Part shown: piece by piece, positions 46,142 through 54,238 of the stretch
Layout: each line of letters begins with the position of its first letter
Numbering within the stretch: position 1 is the stretch's first letter
Assembly (NCBI GenBank): GCA_963929525.1
Contig: CAWVJB010000097.1
Span: forward strand, 22,914 to 86,913
DNA length: 64,000 nucleotides
From: Bacillota bacterium
GTDB lineage: Bacteria; Bacillota; Clostridia; TANB77; CAG-508
Direction: 5' to 3'
Translations under genes and position numbers: made by a program
Notes under the pieces: generated by a model
What the model saw: the letters and a program-made list of their open reading frames with translations, nothing else
Told to the model about the DNA's origin: nothing
Database searches by the model: none

Positions 46142-46426
46142 TCACTCTTTCTTTTTGTATACTGCTACCCTCTTCTTTGTTAAACTATCTTCTTTTACAC
46201 CGCATTCAACTAACTTTCCATAGTCTTTTACTAATTCTGTCAATCTTGGTCTTACATGATTCATGTCAAAATACTTTGAATATCCTCTTCTGTTCATTTC
46301 TTTTTCTAGCTCTCTTGCAGTCATTTTTCTGTCTCCAATTATTTCTAATATTTGCATGTATTTATTTCTTTTTTGTGGCTTTATATCTTCGAAACTTAAT
46401 TGTCTTGTTTCTATCATCTTCAACAC
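46142..46426 (-). CDS. hypothetical winged-helix-like protein
   Basis: 94 aa. MTARELEKEM...RPRLTELVKDYGKLVECGV pattern suggests a wHTH. First gene of the operon. Confidence 0.35.
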   Translation of the reverse strand: MLKMIETRQLSFEDIKPQKRNKYMQILEIIGDRKMTARELEKEMNRRGYSKYFDMNHVRPRLTELVKDYGKLVECGVKEDSLTKKRVAVYKKKE

Positions 46427-46556
46427 TTCCTTTAATGTGTTTTTATATCTTGTGTATATATTGCTTGTCCTTGTATAATCATTAGTAGTAATCTACATCT
46501 TTCTAGATTATTTGCTTTTCTAATATCCTCTTCATTAATTACTTTTTTCATATGTT

Positions 46557-47777
46557 TCACCTCACTAAATTCACGAATGTACTTAGTTGTTTATTAAATT
46601 TAACTTTTACTTTTCCAATGTCTCCTGCTCTCTGTTTTGCTAGTTTTAATGTTGTAATATTATCCTCTTCATTTTCTTTATAAATAAAAATTATATTATC
46701 TGCATCTTGTTCTAAACTTCCACTTTCTCTTAAATCTGCTAGCGTTGGCTCTCCTATGTTTGCATTTCTGTTTAATTGGCAAAGTGCAATTATTGGAATA
46801 TTTATTTCTAAGCTTAATAGTTTTAGTCTTCTACTTATTTCTGCTACCTCTTGTTCTCTTAAATTAAATTTTCCTTGACTTTTTAGTAGTTGAATATAAT
46901 CTATTATCAATAAATCTAATTTATCTTTATTTTTTAATCTCTTAGCCATAACTTCTATATCTTGTATTGTTCTTACTCTTGTATTTATTGTCAAATTTAA
47001 TTCAGATAATTGTATACTTGCTCTTGCTATCTTTTCCCAATCTCCCTCTTCTAATGTTCCGAGTCTCATCTTGTAACTGTTTACTATACTCTGTTTTGCT
47101 ATCATTTTTTGAATCAATTGTGTTTGAGACATTTCTAAACTTGCAAATACAACATTTTTCTTTTTTGCTATTTCTTGTGCTATCTGTAATGTTAATGTTG
47201 TTTTTCCCATTCCTGGTCTTGCTCCTATGATTGTTAATTCTTGATTATGTAGTCCACATGTTAATTTGTCTAAATCAAAAATTCCTGTATATAGACTATA
47301 ATCATTTCTGTTGTTGTAATTTCTTTCTATCTCATTTGTTGTTTCTGCTATTTGCTCTACAAATGTCTTTTCTTTTGTATTTATTTTTTCTATATTGTTT
47401 AATTTATCTATACAATCTTGAATATATATATCTATGTTTCCCTCTTCTGTAACATTTGCTAAAATACTTTGTGCTAATTCAAATACTTTTCTTTTTTTAG
47501 ACAATTCTTTTAATCTGTTATAGCAACCTTCTGCTGTTATTCCATAGATGTTATTTCCCAAATTTGATATGTATTCTAAAATTTGTTTTTGATTTCCTTT
47601 TATTTTATTTTGTACTGCTAAAATTGATATATCTTCCTTTTCTAGTTTTAGCTCTTCTATTGCTTTTGCTATCATTTTGTTTTTTATATTTATAAAATCT
47701 GATTCTTCGATGTCTAATTCTTCGTTTTTAAAAATTATGTAATAAAGTACTGCTTTTTCAATTTCTTCATCATACAT
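46557..47777 (-). CDS. replicative DNA helicase (DnaB family)
   Basis: 406 aa. Walker A GARPGMGKTT, Walker B LLIIDYIQLL, DnaB C-domain motifs. Confidence 0.85.
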   Translation of the reverse strand: MYDEEIEKAVLYYIIFKNEELDIEESDFINIKNKMIAKAIEELKLEKEDISILAVQNKIKGNQKQILEYISNLGNNIYGITAEGCYNRLKELSKKRKVFELAQSILANVTEEGNIDIYIQDCIDKLNNIEKINTKEKTFVEQIAETTNEIERNYNNRNDYSLYTGIFDLDKLTCGLHNQELTIIGARPGMGKTTLTLQIAQEIAKKKNVVFASLEMSQTQLIQKMIAKQSIVNSYKMRLGTLEEGDWEKIARASIQLSELNLTINTRVRTIQDIEVMAKRLKNKDKLDLLIIDYIQLLKSQGKFNLREQEVAEISRRLKLLSLEINIPIIALCQLNRNANIGEPTLADLRESGSLEQDADNIIFIYKENEEDNITTLKLAKQRAGDIGKVKVKFNKQLSTFVNLVR

Positions 47778-48540
47778 CTTTTTCTCCTCTCAGTTTTTTA
47801 AAGTATTCTTCTTCTGTCATTGTACATTCTTTGTATTCTATTTCCTCTTCTTCTGTTTGTTCTTTCTTATTGCTTTGATTTTTATTCGACTTAAATTCTT
47901 CTTGACTGATTCTAAATTGTTTGGCTGTTTTTATATTGTTATCCACACAGTTAACTAAGATTGTGGATATATATTTCCAATTTCTTTTATTTCTCGAAAC
48001 TGCCTCTTTCATTACTTCGATTATTAAATCCTCTTCTAAGTTATCTACTTTTAAAAATTTATCAATATCTTCTGAAACGAATGGTGTGATTAATGTGATA
48101 TTGTTTTCATAAAATTCTATAATTTTTTTATATGCTTCTTCTTTTTCTTTTTTATTATTAATACTTGTAATATTCTCTTTGACGTTTTCGTCAATACCCT
48201 CTTGATTTTTTTGACAATACCCCTTGACGATTTCGTCAATACCCCCTTGATTTTCAATATTAACTAAAGAAATTATTCTTTTGTCTATTTCTTTAGAGTC
48301 TTTTTTATAAAAAAATGTAATGTATATATATCCTTTTTTATTTAGTTGACTAATCCATCTTGATATTGTTTCTTTACTAACACCATACAAATTTGCAAAA
48401 TATTCATTTCCTGCCCAGCATATTCCTTTTTCGTTACATAGTGCCGTTATTTCACTGTATAACAATTTTGCGTTAGCCATTAATTCTTTATCATATCGAA
48501 CTTTTGCAGGTATAATTGCATAATAATTTGGATTTTCCAT
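47770..48540 (-). CDS. phage replisome organizer / replication initiator (N-terminal Phage_rep_org_N-like)
   Basis: 256 aa. YSEITALCNEKGICWAGNEYFANLYGVSKETISRWISQL typical of the replisome-organizer N-domain. Carries the internal iteron array. Confidence 0.6.
   Translation of the reverse strand: MENPNYYAIIPAKVRYDKELMANAKLLYSEITALCNEKGICWAGNEYFANLYGVSKETISRWISQLNKKGYIYITFFYKKDSKEIDKRIISLVNIENQGGIDEIVKGYCQKNQEGIDENVKENITSINNKKEKEEAYKKIIEFYENNITLITPFVSEDIDKFLKVDNLEEDLIIEVMKEAVSRNKRNWKYISTILVNCVDNNIKTAKQFRISQEEFKSNKNQSNKKEQTEEEEIEYKECTMTEEEYFKKLRGEKDV
48181..48254. repeat. phage origin iterons inside replisome-organizer gene
   Basis: Three copies of (T)TCGTCAATACCC(C)CTTGAT at ~21-22 bp spacing, plus palindromes GACGttttCGTC / GACGatttCGTC. 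GC-rich island in an AT-rich gene. Confidence 0.6.
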
Positions 48541-48598
48541 TTTTATACTTCTCCTTTACTTTTGTTATGATATAATCATCTCGAAAGGTGGTGATTAT

Positions 48599-48802
48599 AT
48601 GGTTGTCTATGCTAATCTTTTAGGTAAATGGACTGAACTTGGAGATGAGGACATGATTGAAGATGAAACCGCTGAAATATATGTTAATTTTGAATTATCT
48701 AAGAAAAATTTAAACACAACCAATCAGTTTCTTAATGTTATTCATAAAAATGAAATTTATCATATTCATATCTCACAAATCCAATGGAAATCAGCATTAT
48801 AG
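48599..48802 (+). CDS. hypothetical small protein
   Basis: 67 aa + strand ORF in the gap between replication and regulator genes. Weak support. Confidence 0.25.
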   Translation: MVVYANLLGKWTELGDEDMIEDETAEIYVNFELSKKNLNTTNQFLNVIHKNEIYHIHISQIQWKSAL

Positions 48803-48964
48803 TGCATTGCTTTGCAATGTGCTATTTGTATATTCTTCATCTATGTATGTTTTTATAAATTCCCATTCCTTATAGGTTATTTTTTCTCCTTCTAACCACC
48901 TTATAATTTCTTTCCTTTTCTCCTTTATTTCGTCTGTTCTACTTTTTTCCATTTTTATCTCCTC

Positions 48965-49384
48965 CTAAATATAATTTTTCCCATATCTTTTTCTAAATTC
49001 TTCTTTTGTTTTTTTATAATATTTCATCCATGCTTCTTGTCCTTTTTTCTTTAAATATCTATTGAGTTTGTCTCCATTTTTTCCATGCACTCCATTAGTT
49101 CCTCTATGATCCTCTTCTGTTAAAAATATTATTAATCCGTCTTTTATACTTTTCATTCTGTAAGCTTTTGAAAAGAAAACTTCATGCCTTTCACTATATT
49201 TTTTAGTTCTTACTGTGCTATACTTTGTGCTTTTAGGCATAATACAAAAATCTGATTCTAACTCTTTTTTCTGTTTCTTAATTTCTTTAAGGACCTCTTT
49301 TTTACTATCTTTTGATACAACCTTATTTTTCGGACATGGATTAAAACTTTTTGACAAATCTTTCACTACCATCTCGCACCTCAT
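48965..49384 (-). CDS. hypothetical basic phage protein (possible nuclease-like)
   Basis: 139 aa, Lys-rich. HRGTNGVHGKNGDKLNRYL segment weakly HNH-like. Confidence 0.35.
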   Translation of the reverse strand: MRCEMVVKDLSKSFNPCPKNKVVSKDSKKEVLKEIKKQKKELESDFCIMPKSTKYSTVRTKKYSERHEVFFSKAYRMKSIKDGLIIFLTEEDHRGTNGVHGKNGDKLNRYLKKKGQEAWMKYYKKTKEEFRKRYGKNYI

Positions 49385-49612
49385 TTAAACTAAATGTCCA
49401 AAATTTAATCCACAATTTCTACAATAATTGTCTGTATGTTCACACCTTGTTAAGCATTCTGGACAAAATGTATCTTTATATTTAGAAATATTAAAACTAT
49501 TTCCTGTTTGTAATATTTCCACTTCATCTCCTGGTTTTAAATCCATTTCTTTTCTTATTTCTACTGGAATTACAATTCTTCCTAATTTATCTAATTTTCT
49601 ATTCATTTTCAT
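49385..49612 (-). CDS. AbrB/MazE/SpoVT-family DNA-binding protein with C-terminal zinc ribbon
   Basis: 75 aa. LDKLGRIVIPVEIRKEMDLKPGDEVEI is the swapped-hairpin AbrB fold motif, followed by CPEC...C..CRNC. Confidence 0.6.
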   Translation of the reverse strand: MKMNRKLDKLGRIVIPVEIRKEMDLKPGDEVEILQTGNSFNISKYKDTFCPECLTRCEHTDNYCRNCGLNFGHLV

Positions 49613-49688
49613 TCCCTTTCTTGATTTTCTGCCTAATTTTTGTTATACTGTAGTAGAAAATCATATGTTTATATATGTTTATGTAGAG

Positions 49689-49964
49689 CTAGTTTAATGA
49701 TTGGTAGTCGCTAACTAGTTCTTTTAATTTGCTCAAAATTGCTTTTTCATTATTGTATTTGTTAGAATTTACTAATCTATCTATTCTACTGATAAAATCT
49801 TTTTGTTCTTCATTTTCAAATCTTAAGTCTTTATTTTCTTCATATAATGCTAAATTTTCTTGTTTTTGCAATACTTCTTTGCTTTTCAAATCCTCTATTA
49901 AAATGTCTCTATTTAATACTTTAGTTTCTAAATTTCTTATTTTCCTATCTTTTCTTGTAAACAT
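49689..49964 (-). CDS. hypothetical coiled-coil protein
   Basis: 91 aa ORF. Confidence 0.35.
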   Translation of the reverse strand: MFTRKDRKIRNLETKVLNRDILIEDLKSKEVLQKQENLALYEENKDLRFENEEQKDFISRIDRLVNSNKYNNEKAILSKLKELVSDYQSLN

Positions 49965-50325
49965 TTCTTTTTCTCCTTTCTAATAAATTACTGTTCTAGT
50001 ACATGCCCAGATAAAAAACATTACTGCTGTTACATATCCTGCTGTATATACTACTGCTCGTCCTATAAAAGCATAAATTTTATTCGGATCTAGTTTTCTT
50101 TTCATTTGTATCACCTTCTTTCATTTGTCTAAATTAAGAATTTCCCAACCTATTTTGTTAAATTCTTCATAAACCATTTCTTTTTCTTCTTCTGTTTTAG
50201 GATAAAATTCATCGTCAACTTCTATTGTTGTATTTCCTAATTTAAATTCTTTTACTACCATTTTGTAACCACCTCTTTAAATGTCTATTCATGTTGCTTG
50301 TACCTTTTTCTTGTACCGTGTCGCA

Positions 50326-50562
50326 TTATCTTGTTGATTTTTTATCAACTTCTGTCGTAAAAAAATAATCCATTGTTTCTTGTGCTGTTAAATCAAAAAT
50401 ATCAATGGCTGTTTGTATTTCATCTTGATCAAACACATTCTTATTGTTCAACTTATAACTTAATGATGCCTCTGAAATACCTAATTTTTGTGCAAATTCT
50501 GATTGTTTTGAAAAACATTCCTTTATTCTTCCTTTTAACTTACTGTAATCATATTGTTTCAT
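50326..50562 (-). CDS. Cro-like HTH regulator
   Basis: 78 aa. SEFAQKLGISEASLSYKLNN HTH. Divergent from the CI-like repressor. GGAGGAG RBS. Confidence 0.55.
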   Translation of the reverse strand: MKQYDYSKLKGRIKECFSKQSEFAQKLGISEASLSYKLNNKNVFDQDEIQTAIDIFDLTAQETMDYFFTTEVDKKSTR

Positions 50563-50733
50563 TTTTCTCCTCCTTTCGGTTGATTTTTTATCAACTTCGT
50601 AATTATATTAACAAAACAAAAATATCTTGTCAATAGCTTTTTTGATTTTTTTTCAACTTTTTTTGATTTTTTATAAAATAAACTTGATTTTTTGTCAATT
50701 TTACTTTATAATACAATTATTGGAGGTACATAT
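50563..50733. promoter_or_regulatory. divergent PR/PRM-like promoters with repeated TTGATTTTTT(A)TCAA operators
   Basis: Perfect palindrome TTGATTTTTTATCAA at 50580-50594 (between cro -10 and RBS) and again at 50334-50348. Degenerate copies near 50650-50700. cro promoter TTGACA-17-TAATAT/TATAAT on the minus strand. cI promoter TTGATT-17-TATAAT on the + strand. Confidence 0.55.
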
Positions 50734-51381
50734 ATGAAATTAGTAGACACATTTGGGAATAGACTACAAAAAGCGTTAGAAGATTCTAACATGAAGCAAG
50801 TAGATTTAGTAGAAAAAACTGGCCTAGATAAAACCTTAATAAATAAATATCTAGCAGGGTTAATGAAAGCTAAGCAAGATAAATTAACTATTCTTGCAGA
50901 AGCTTTAAACGTTAATGAAGTTTGGCTTATGGGGTATGACATTCCCAAAGATAGAAATATTAAATTAGATAAGCTCGGAAATCCAGTAGCTGAAATTCCT
51001 CTTTTAGGTACAGTAAAAGCAGGATATGATTATATGGCACAAGAAAACTGGGAAGGTATGATAGAAGTTGATAAAGATGTAATCAAGGATGGTGCCGATT
51101 ATTTTGCTTTAAAAATAAAAGGAGATAGTATGTCCCCTGTACTAATAGAAAATGACATAGTTGTTATAAAAAAACAAGAAGATTTTGAAAATGGAGACTT
51201 GGTTGTTGCTATTATCAACGGAGATGAAGCCACAATAAAAAAAGGTAGAAAAAATGATACTAGTATTGTTTTACAGCCATTTAATCCTAACTATGAGCCA
51301 CTTATATTTACTAATGATGAAATGAAAACTATACCTGTTACTATAGTTGGAATAGTGAAACAATTAAAAAGGGATTTTTAA
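50734..51381 (+). CDS. CI-like phage repressor (HTH + S24 LexA-type peptidase domain)
   Basis: HTH QVDLVEKTGLDKTLINKYLAG. S24 domain with Ser-Lys dyad (KGDSMSP ... IKKGRK). ATG 50734 with GGAGG RBS. Track start 50692 is a TTG. Confidence 0.8.
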   Translation: MKLVDTFGNRLQKALEDSNMKQVDLVEKTGLDKTLINKYLAGLMKAKQDKLTILAEALNVNEVWLMGYDIPKDRNIKLDKLGNPVAEIPLLGTVKAGYDYMAQENWEGMIEVDKDVIKDGADYFALKIKGDSMSPVLIENDIVVIKKQEDFENGDLVVAIINGDEATIKKGRKNDTSIVLQPFNPNYEPLIFTNDEMKTIPVTIVGIVKQLKRDF

Positions 51382-51401
51382 TTATAGAGGAGAAATATAA
51401 T

Positions 51402-51908
51402 ATGTTAAAAGATAGAAAAAATATCATTATTTTAATACTATCAATAATCATATTTATAATGGTTATCGGAATAATTGTTTTCTTAAGTATTAATTCAGCT
51501 ACTAAAGAAAGAAAATTAGATGGATCTAAGATGTCTTCTTCTGAATTACTAGAAATGTTTGAAAATGAAGGCTATGAAATCAAGATGAGCAACATTGATG
51601 GAACTCTTTATATCAACCTAGAAAACGAAAGAGATGGTATTACTATTCAAAGGATTCCTGATACTCTAATAGGTACTTTAATGACTTTTGATGATGATAG
51701 TATTAATGATGAAATGGCAGATTTAATAACTATTTCAGAAAACGACTCAAAGGAAAAACAAGAACAATATGAAGCTTATAAAAGTTGGATGGAATATTAT
51801 AATATAACTAAAACACAATTATCTGAAATGCTAGATACGTATTACAATAACAATAAAGATAAAATTGAAACAATTAATACAGAAGATTTATTAAAATCAC
51901 TTAATTAA
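51402..51908 (+). CDS. membrane-anchored hypothetical protein co-transcribed with cI (candidate superinfection-exclusion/lysogenic-conversion gene)
   Basis: 168 aa. N-terminal TM IIILILSIIIFIMVIGIIVFL. Immediately downstream of the repressor gene. Confidence 0.45.
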   Translation: MLKDRKNIIILILSIIIFIMVIGIIVFLSINSATKERKLDGSKMSSSELLEMFENEGYEIKMSNIDGTLYINLENERDGITIQRIPDTLIGTLMTFDDDSINDEMADLITISENDSKEKQEQYEAYKSWMEYYNITKTQLSEMLDTYYNNNKDKIETINTEDLLKSLN

Positions 51909-52056
51909 AAAGAGAATTTATGCTCCACTGCGACACGGTACATAAATTCTCATACATAAACACTATTGAAAGTGGTTACTTTTATATTATATATGAAAGT
52001 ATCTCTATTTTCAATAGCTTATTTACAAATTTATTGAAAATGGAGGTATTTTTAAT

Positions 52057-53610
52057 ATGAAAAACAATATAAATAATAATATGGAATATTATTGTTGTTA
52101 TCTTAGAAAATCAAGAAAAGATATGGAAGCTGAAGCTCATGGACAAGGTGAAACCTTAGCCAGGCATGAAAAGAGATTAAAAGAATATGCATCTTCTGTT
52201 GGTATTAAAATAAGTAAATTCTATAGAGAAGTAGTATCTGGTGAAACTATTTCTGCTCGACCAGTTATGCAACAGTTGTTAACAGATGTTGAAAATGGAA
52301 TGTGGACAGGAGTATTAGTTGTAGAAGTAGAACGTTTAGCAAGGGGTAATACTTTAGACCAAGGTATCGTGTCTAATGCATTTCAATACTCTAATACAAA
52401 AATAATCACACCTTTAAAAACTTATGATCCTAACAATGATTATGATGAAGAATATTTTGAATTTGGATTATTTATGTCTAGAAGAGAATATAAAAAAATA
52501 AATCAGAGACTTCATGATGGTATTTTAGCTAGTGTAAAAGAAGGCAAACATGTTGGAACCTCTGCTCCATACGGATACGAAAAATACAAATTACCAAAGC
52601 AAAAAGGATATTCTTTAAAGATAAACCAACGCGAAGCAGAAATGATAAAGTTAATATTTGATTTATATAATTCTGGAAATGGACTAGATTTTATATCTCA
52701 TAAGTTAAATGCTCTAGGTTTTAAACCTCGCAGAGGAAAAGATTTTGCAAAATCTTCAATAAAACATATCCTTACTAATCCAGTTTATATAGGAAAAATT
52801 AAATATACAGATAAAGCAACAACTAAAAAAGTTATTAACGGAGAAATTGTTAGAGTAAAAAATGAGAATAAAAATATTATATATGTAGATGGTTTACATG
52901 AGCCAATAATTGATTTAAACACATGGAATAAAGCACAAAATATACGCAAAAACAATTTAATTAATCACGTTAAAGTAGATTATACGTTAAAGAATCCAAT
53001 GGCTTCTATTTTGAAATGTGGAATTTGTGGAAAATCTTTAGAAAGAATTACTTATTCTGGAAGAAACGATATCAGAGTTTGTTGCAGAAAATGTAAAGAA
53101 AACATTGGTAGTAATATAAATTTTGTAGAAGAACGATTATTAGAATCATTAAAATTGTTGCTCAATGATTATAGAATGAAAGTACTTAATAATGATAATA
53201 CAGATATTGATGCATTAGTAGACATGAATAATAAGAGTATTAATAATTTTAAAACCGAACTAGAAAAAAATCAATCTCAATTAAATAAGACTTATGATTT
53301 ATTAGAACAAGACATATATACTAAAGAAATATTTCTTGAACGTTCTACTTATCTAAAACAACAAATAGAAAATATTAGCGAACATATAAAACAATTAGAA
53401 AAAAATAATAAAGATATTTTAAAAGGAAAGAATAATAAAGAAGTTCTAATCCCCAAAATAGAAAAAGTAATAGATACTTATTATGAAACAGAAAATATAG
53501 AATTAAAAAATAAATTATTAAAAAGTGTATTAGAAAAAGTTGAATATTTAAAGATTAATCCTAAAAATAAAGATGATTTTAAATTGAAATTATATCTTAA
53601 ACTATACTAA
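52057..53610 (+). CDS. large serine recombinase (phage integrase, resolvase/invertase N-domain + recombinase + zinc-ribbon domains)
   Basis: 517 aa. N-terminal catalytic-domain motif YLRKSRKDMEAEAHGQGETLARHEKRL (nucleophile Ser in RKS), GVLVVEVERLARG, Cys cluster CGICGK...CCRKCKE, C-terminal coiled coil. Confidence 0.9.
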   Translation: MKNNINNNMEYYCCYLRKSRKDMEAEAHGQGETLARHEKRLKEYASSVGIKISKFYREVVSGETISARPVMQQLLTDVENGMWTGVLVVEVERLARGNTLDQGIVSNAFQYSNTKIITPLKTYDPNNDYDEEYFEFGLFMSRREYKKINQRLHDGILASVKEGKHVGTSAPYGYEKYKLPKQKGYSLKINQREAEMIKLIFDLYNSGNGLDFISHKLNALGFKPRRGKDFAKSSIKHILTNPVYIGKIKYTDKATTKKVINGEIVRVKNENKNIIYVDGLHEPIIDLNTWNKAQNIRKNNLINHVKVDYTLKNPMASILKCGICGKSLERITYSGRNDIRVCCRKCKENIGSNINFVEERLLESLKLLLNDYRMKVLNNDNTDIDALVDMNNKSINNFKTELEKNQSQLNKTYDLLEQDIYTKEIFLERSTYLKQQIENISEHIKQLEKNNKDILKGKNNKEVLIPKIEKVIDTYYETENIELKNKLLKSVLEKVEYLKINPKNKDDFKLKLYLKLY

Positions 53611-53612
53611 CT

Positions 53613-53646
53613 ACAAGCATAGATTATTTTTATAGTCTATGCTTGT
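53613..53646 (+). terminator. hairpin after integrase gene
   Basis: acaagcatagatta / tagtctatgcttgt 14-bp stem (1 mismatch), loop ttttta. Weak U-tract. Confidence 0.4.
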
Positions 53647-53659
53647 AACAATTACACCT

Positions 53660-54067
53660 TCATTTATCAAAATGTACCCATGTTGGTGTTAATGAAATTG
53701 GCTCTACATATGTCCATACTCCTGAATTATTCGCACTATTCCAAAGAACTCTTCTTCTCTCTGCTGACAAAGTTTGCCCAACATCAAAAGCTACTCCTGC
53801 ATAATGTTGACTTTGATTTCCATGTCCCCCTTCATATGGTCTTTTAAAAGCAAATCCCACTGGTATTGGTCCTCCAAAAATATATCTTTGACTATTCCAG
53901 CTTTGCATCGTTCTTTTCGTTGTCCATAATATATTACTTTTGCTTGAACCTCTAAATTCTCTTACTCTTAATGTTCCATTTGTATTGTATGGCATTGGGT
54001 CAGCTTCATTCCTATAATAGGTTTCCATTTTATCTGTATCATTGTTAAACACTAATATTTTTGCCAT
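53660..54067 (-). CDS. M15-family (LAS) L-Ala-D-Glu peptidase catalytic domain; 5' half of a host cell-wall hydrolase gene truncated by the prophage
   Basis: 135 aa. Zn-ligand motifs SQHYAGVAFD (SxHxxGxAxD) and WVHFD. Stop codon supplied by phage DNA directly after the att core. PG-binding C-half found at 11510-11803. Confidence 0.65.
   Translation of the reverse strand: MAKILVFNNDTDKMETYYRNEADPMPYNTNGTLRVREFRGSSKSNILWTTKRTMQSWNSQRYIFGGPIPVGFAFKRPYEGGHGNQSQHYAGVAFDVGQTLSAERRRVLWNSANNSGVWTYVEPISLTPTWVHFDK
53664..53676. other. attR core (TTATCAAAATGTA) of prophage
   Basis: Identical 13-mer to 11787-11799. Lies in the last codons (VHFDK*) of the truncated M15 peptidase ORF, ~55 bp from the integrase stop. 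Reconstructed attP has flanking inverted repeat GTAACAAT/ATTGTTAC. Confidence 0.6.
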
Positions 54068-54238
54068 AAAAAATAATCCTCCCTTTATAGTTTTTTACTA
54101 TTATATATATGAGAAAATTATTTTTTTGTTACGTTTTATATTTTCTTTTAAAATGTTAAAAATTGTAAATTTTATATAAAAATATTGAAACAAAAATCGG
54201 TTATGATATATTTTGATTGAAATTCTCAGAAGGGATTG

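Larger units (their letters stand above)
11800..53663. mobile_element. ~41.9 kb HK97-like siphovirus prophage integrated by a large serine recombinase
   Basis: Contiguous phage modules (int, cI/cro, replication, terminase, head, tail, lysis). Bounded by the duplicated 13-bp core and by the two halves of a split host gene. Confidence 0.75.

Noticed and set aside
50692-50733. Track start (TTG 50692) for the CI repressor giving N-terminal MSILLYNTIIGGTY
   Set aside because: That extension overlaps the cI -10 region and lacks an RBS. ATG 50734 preceded by GGAGG is the credible start.
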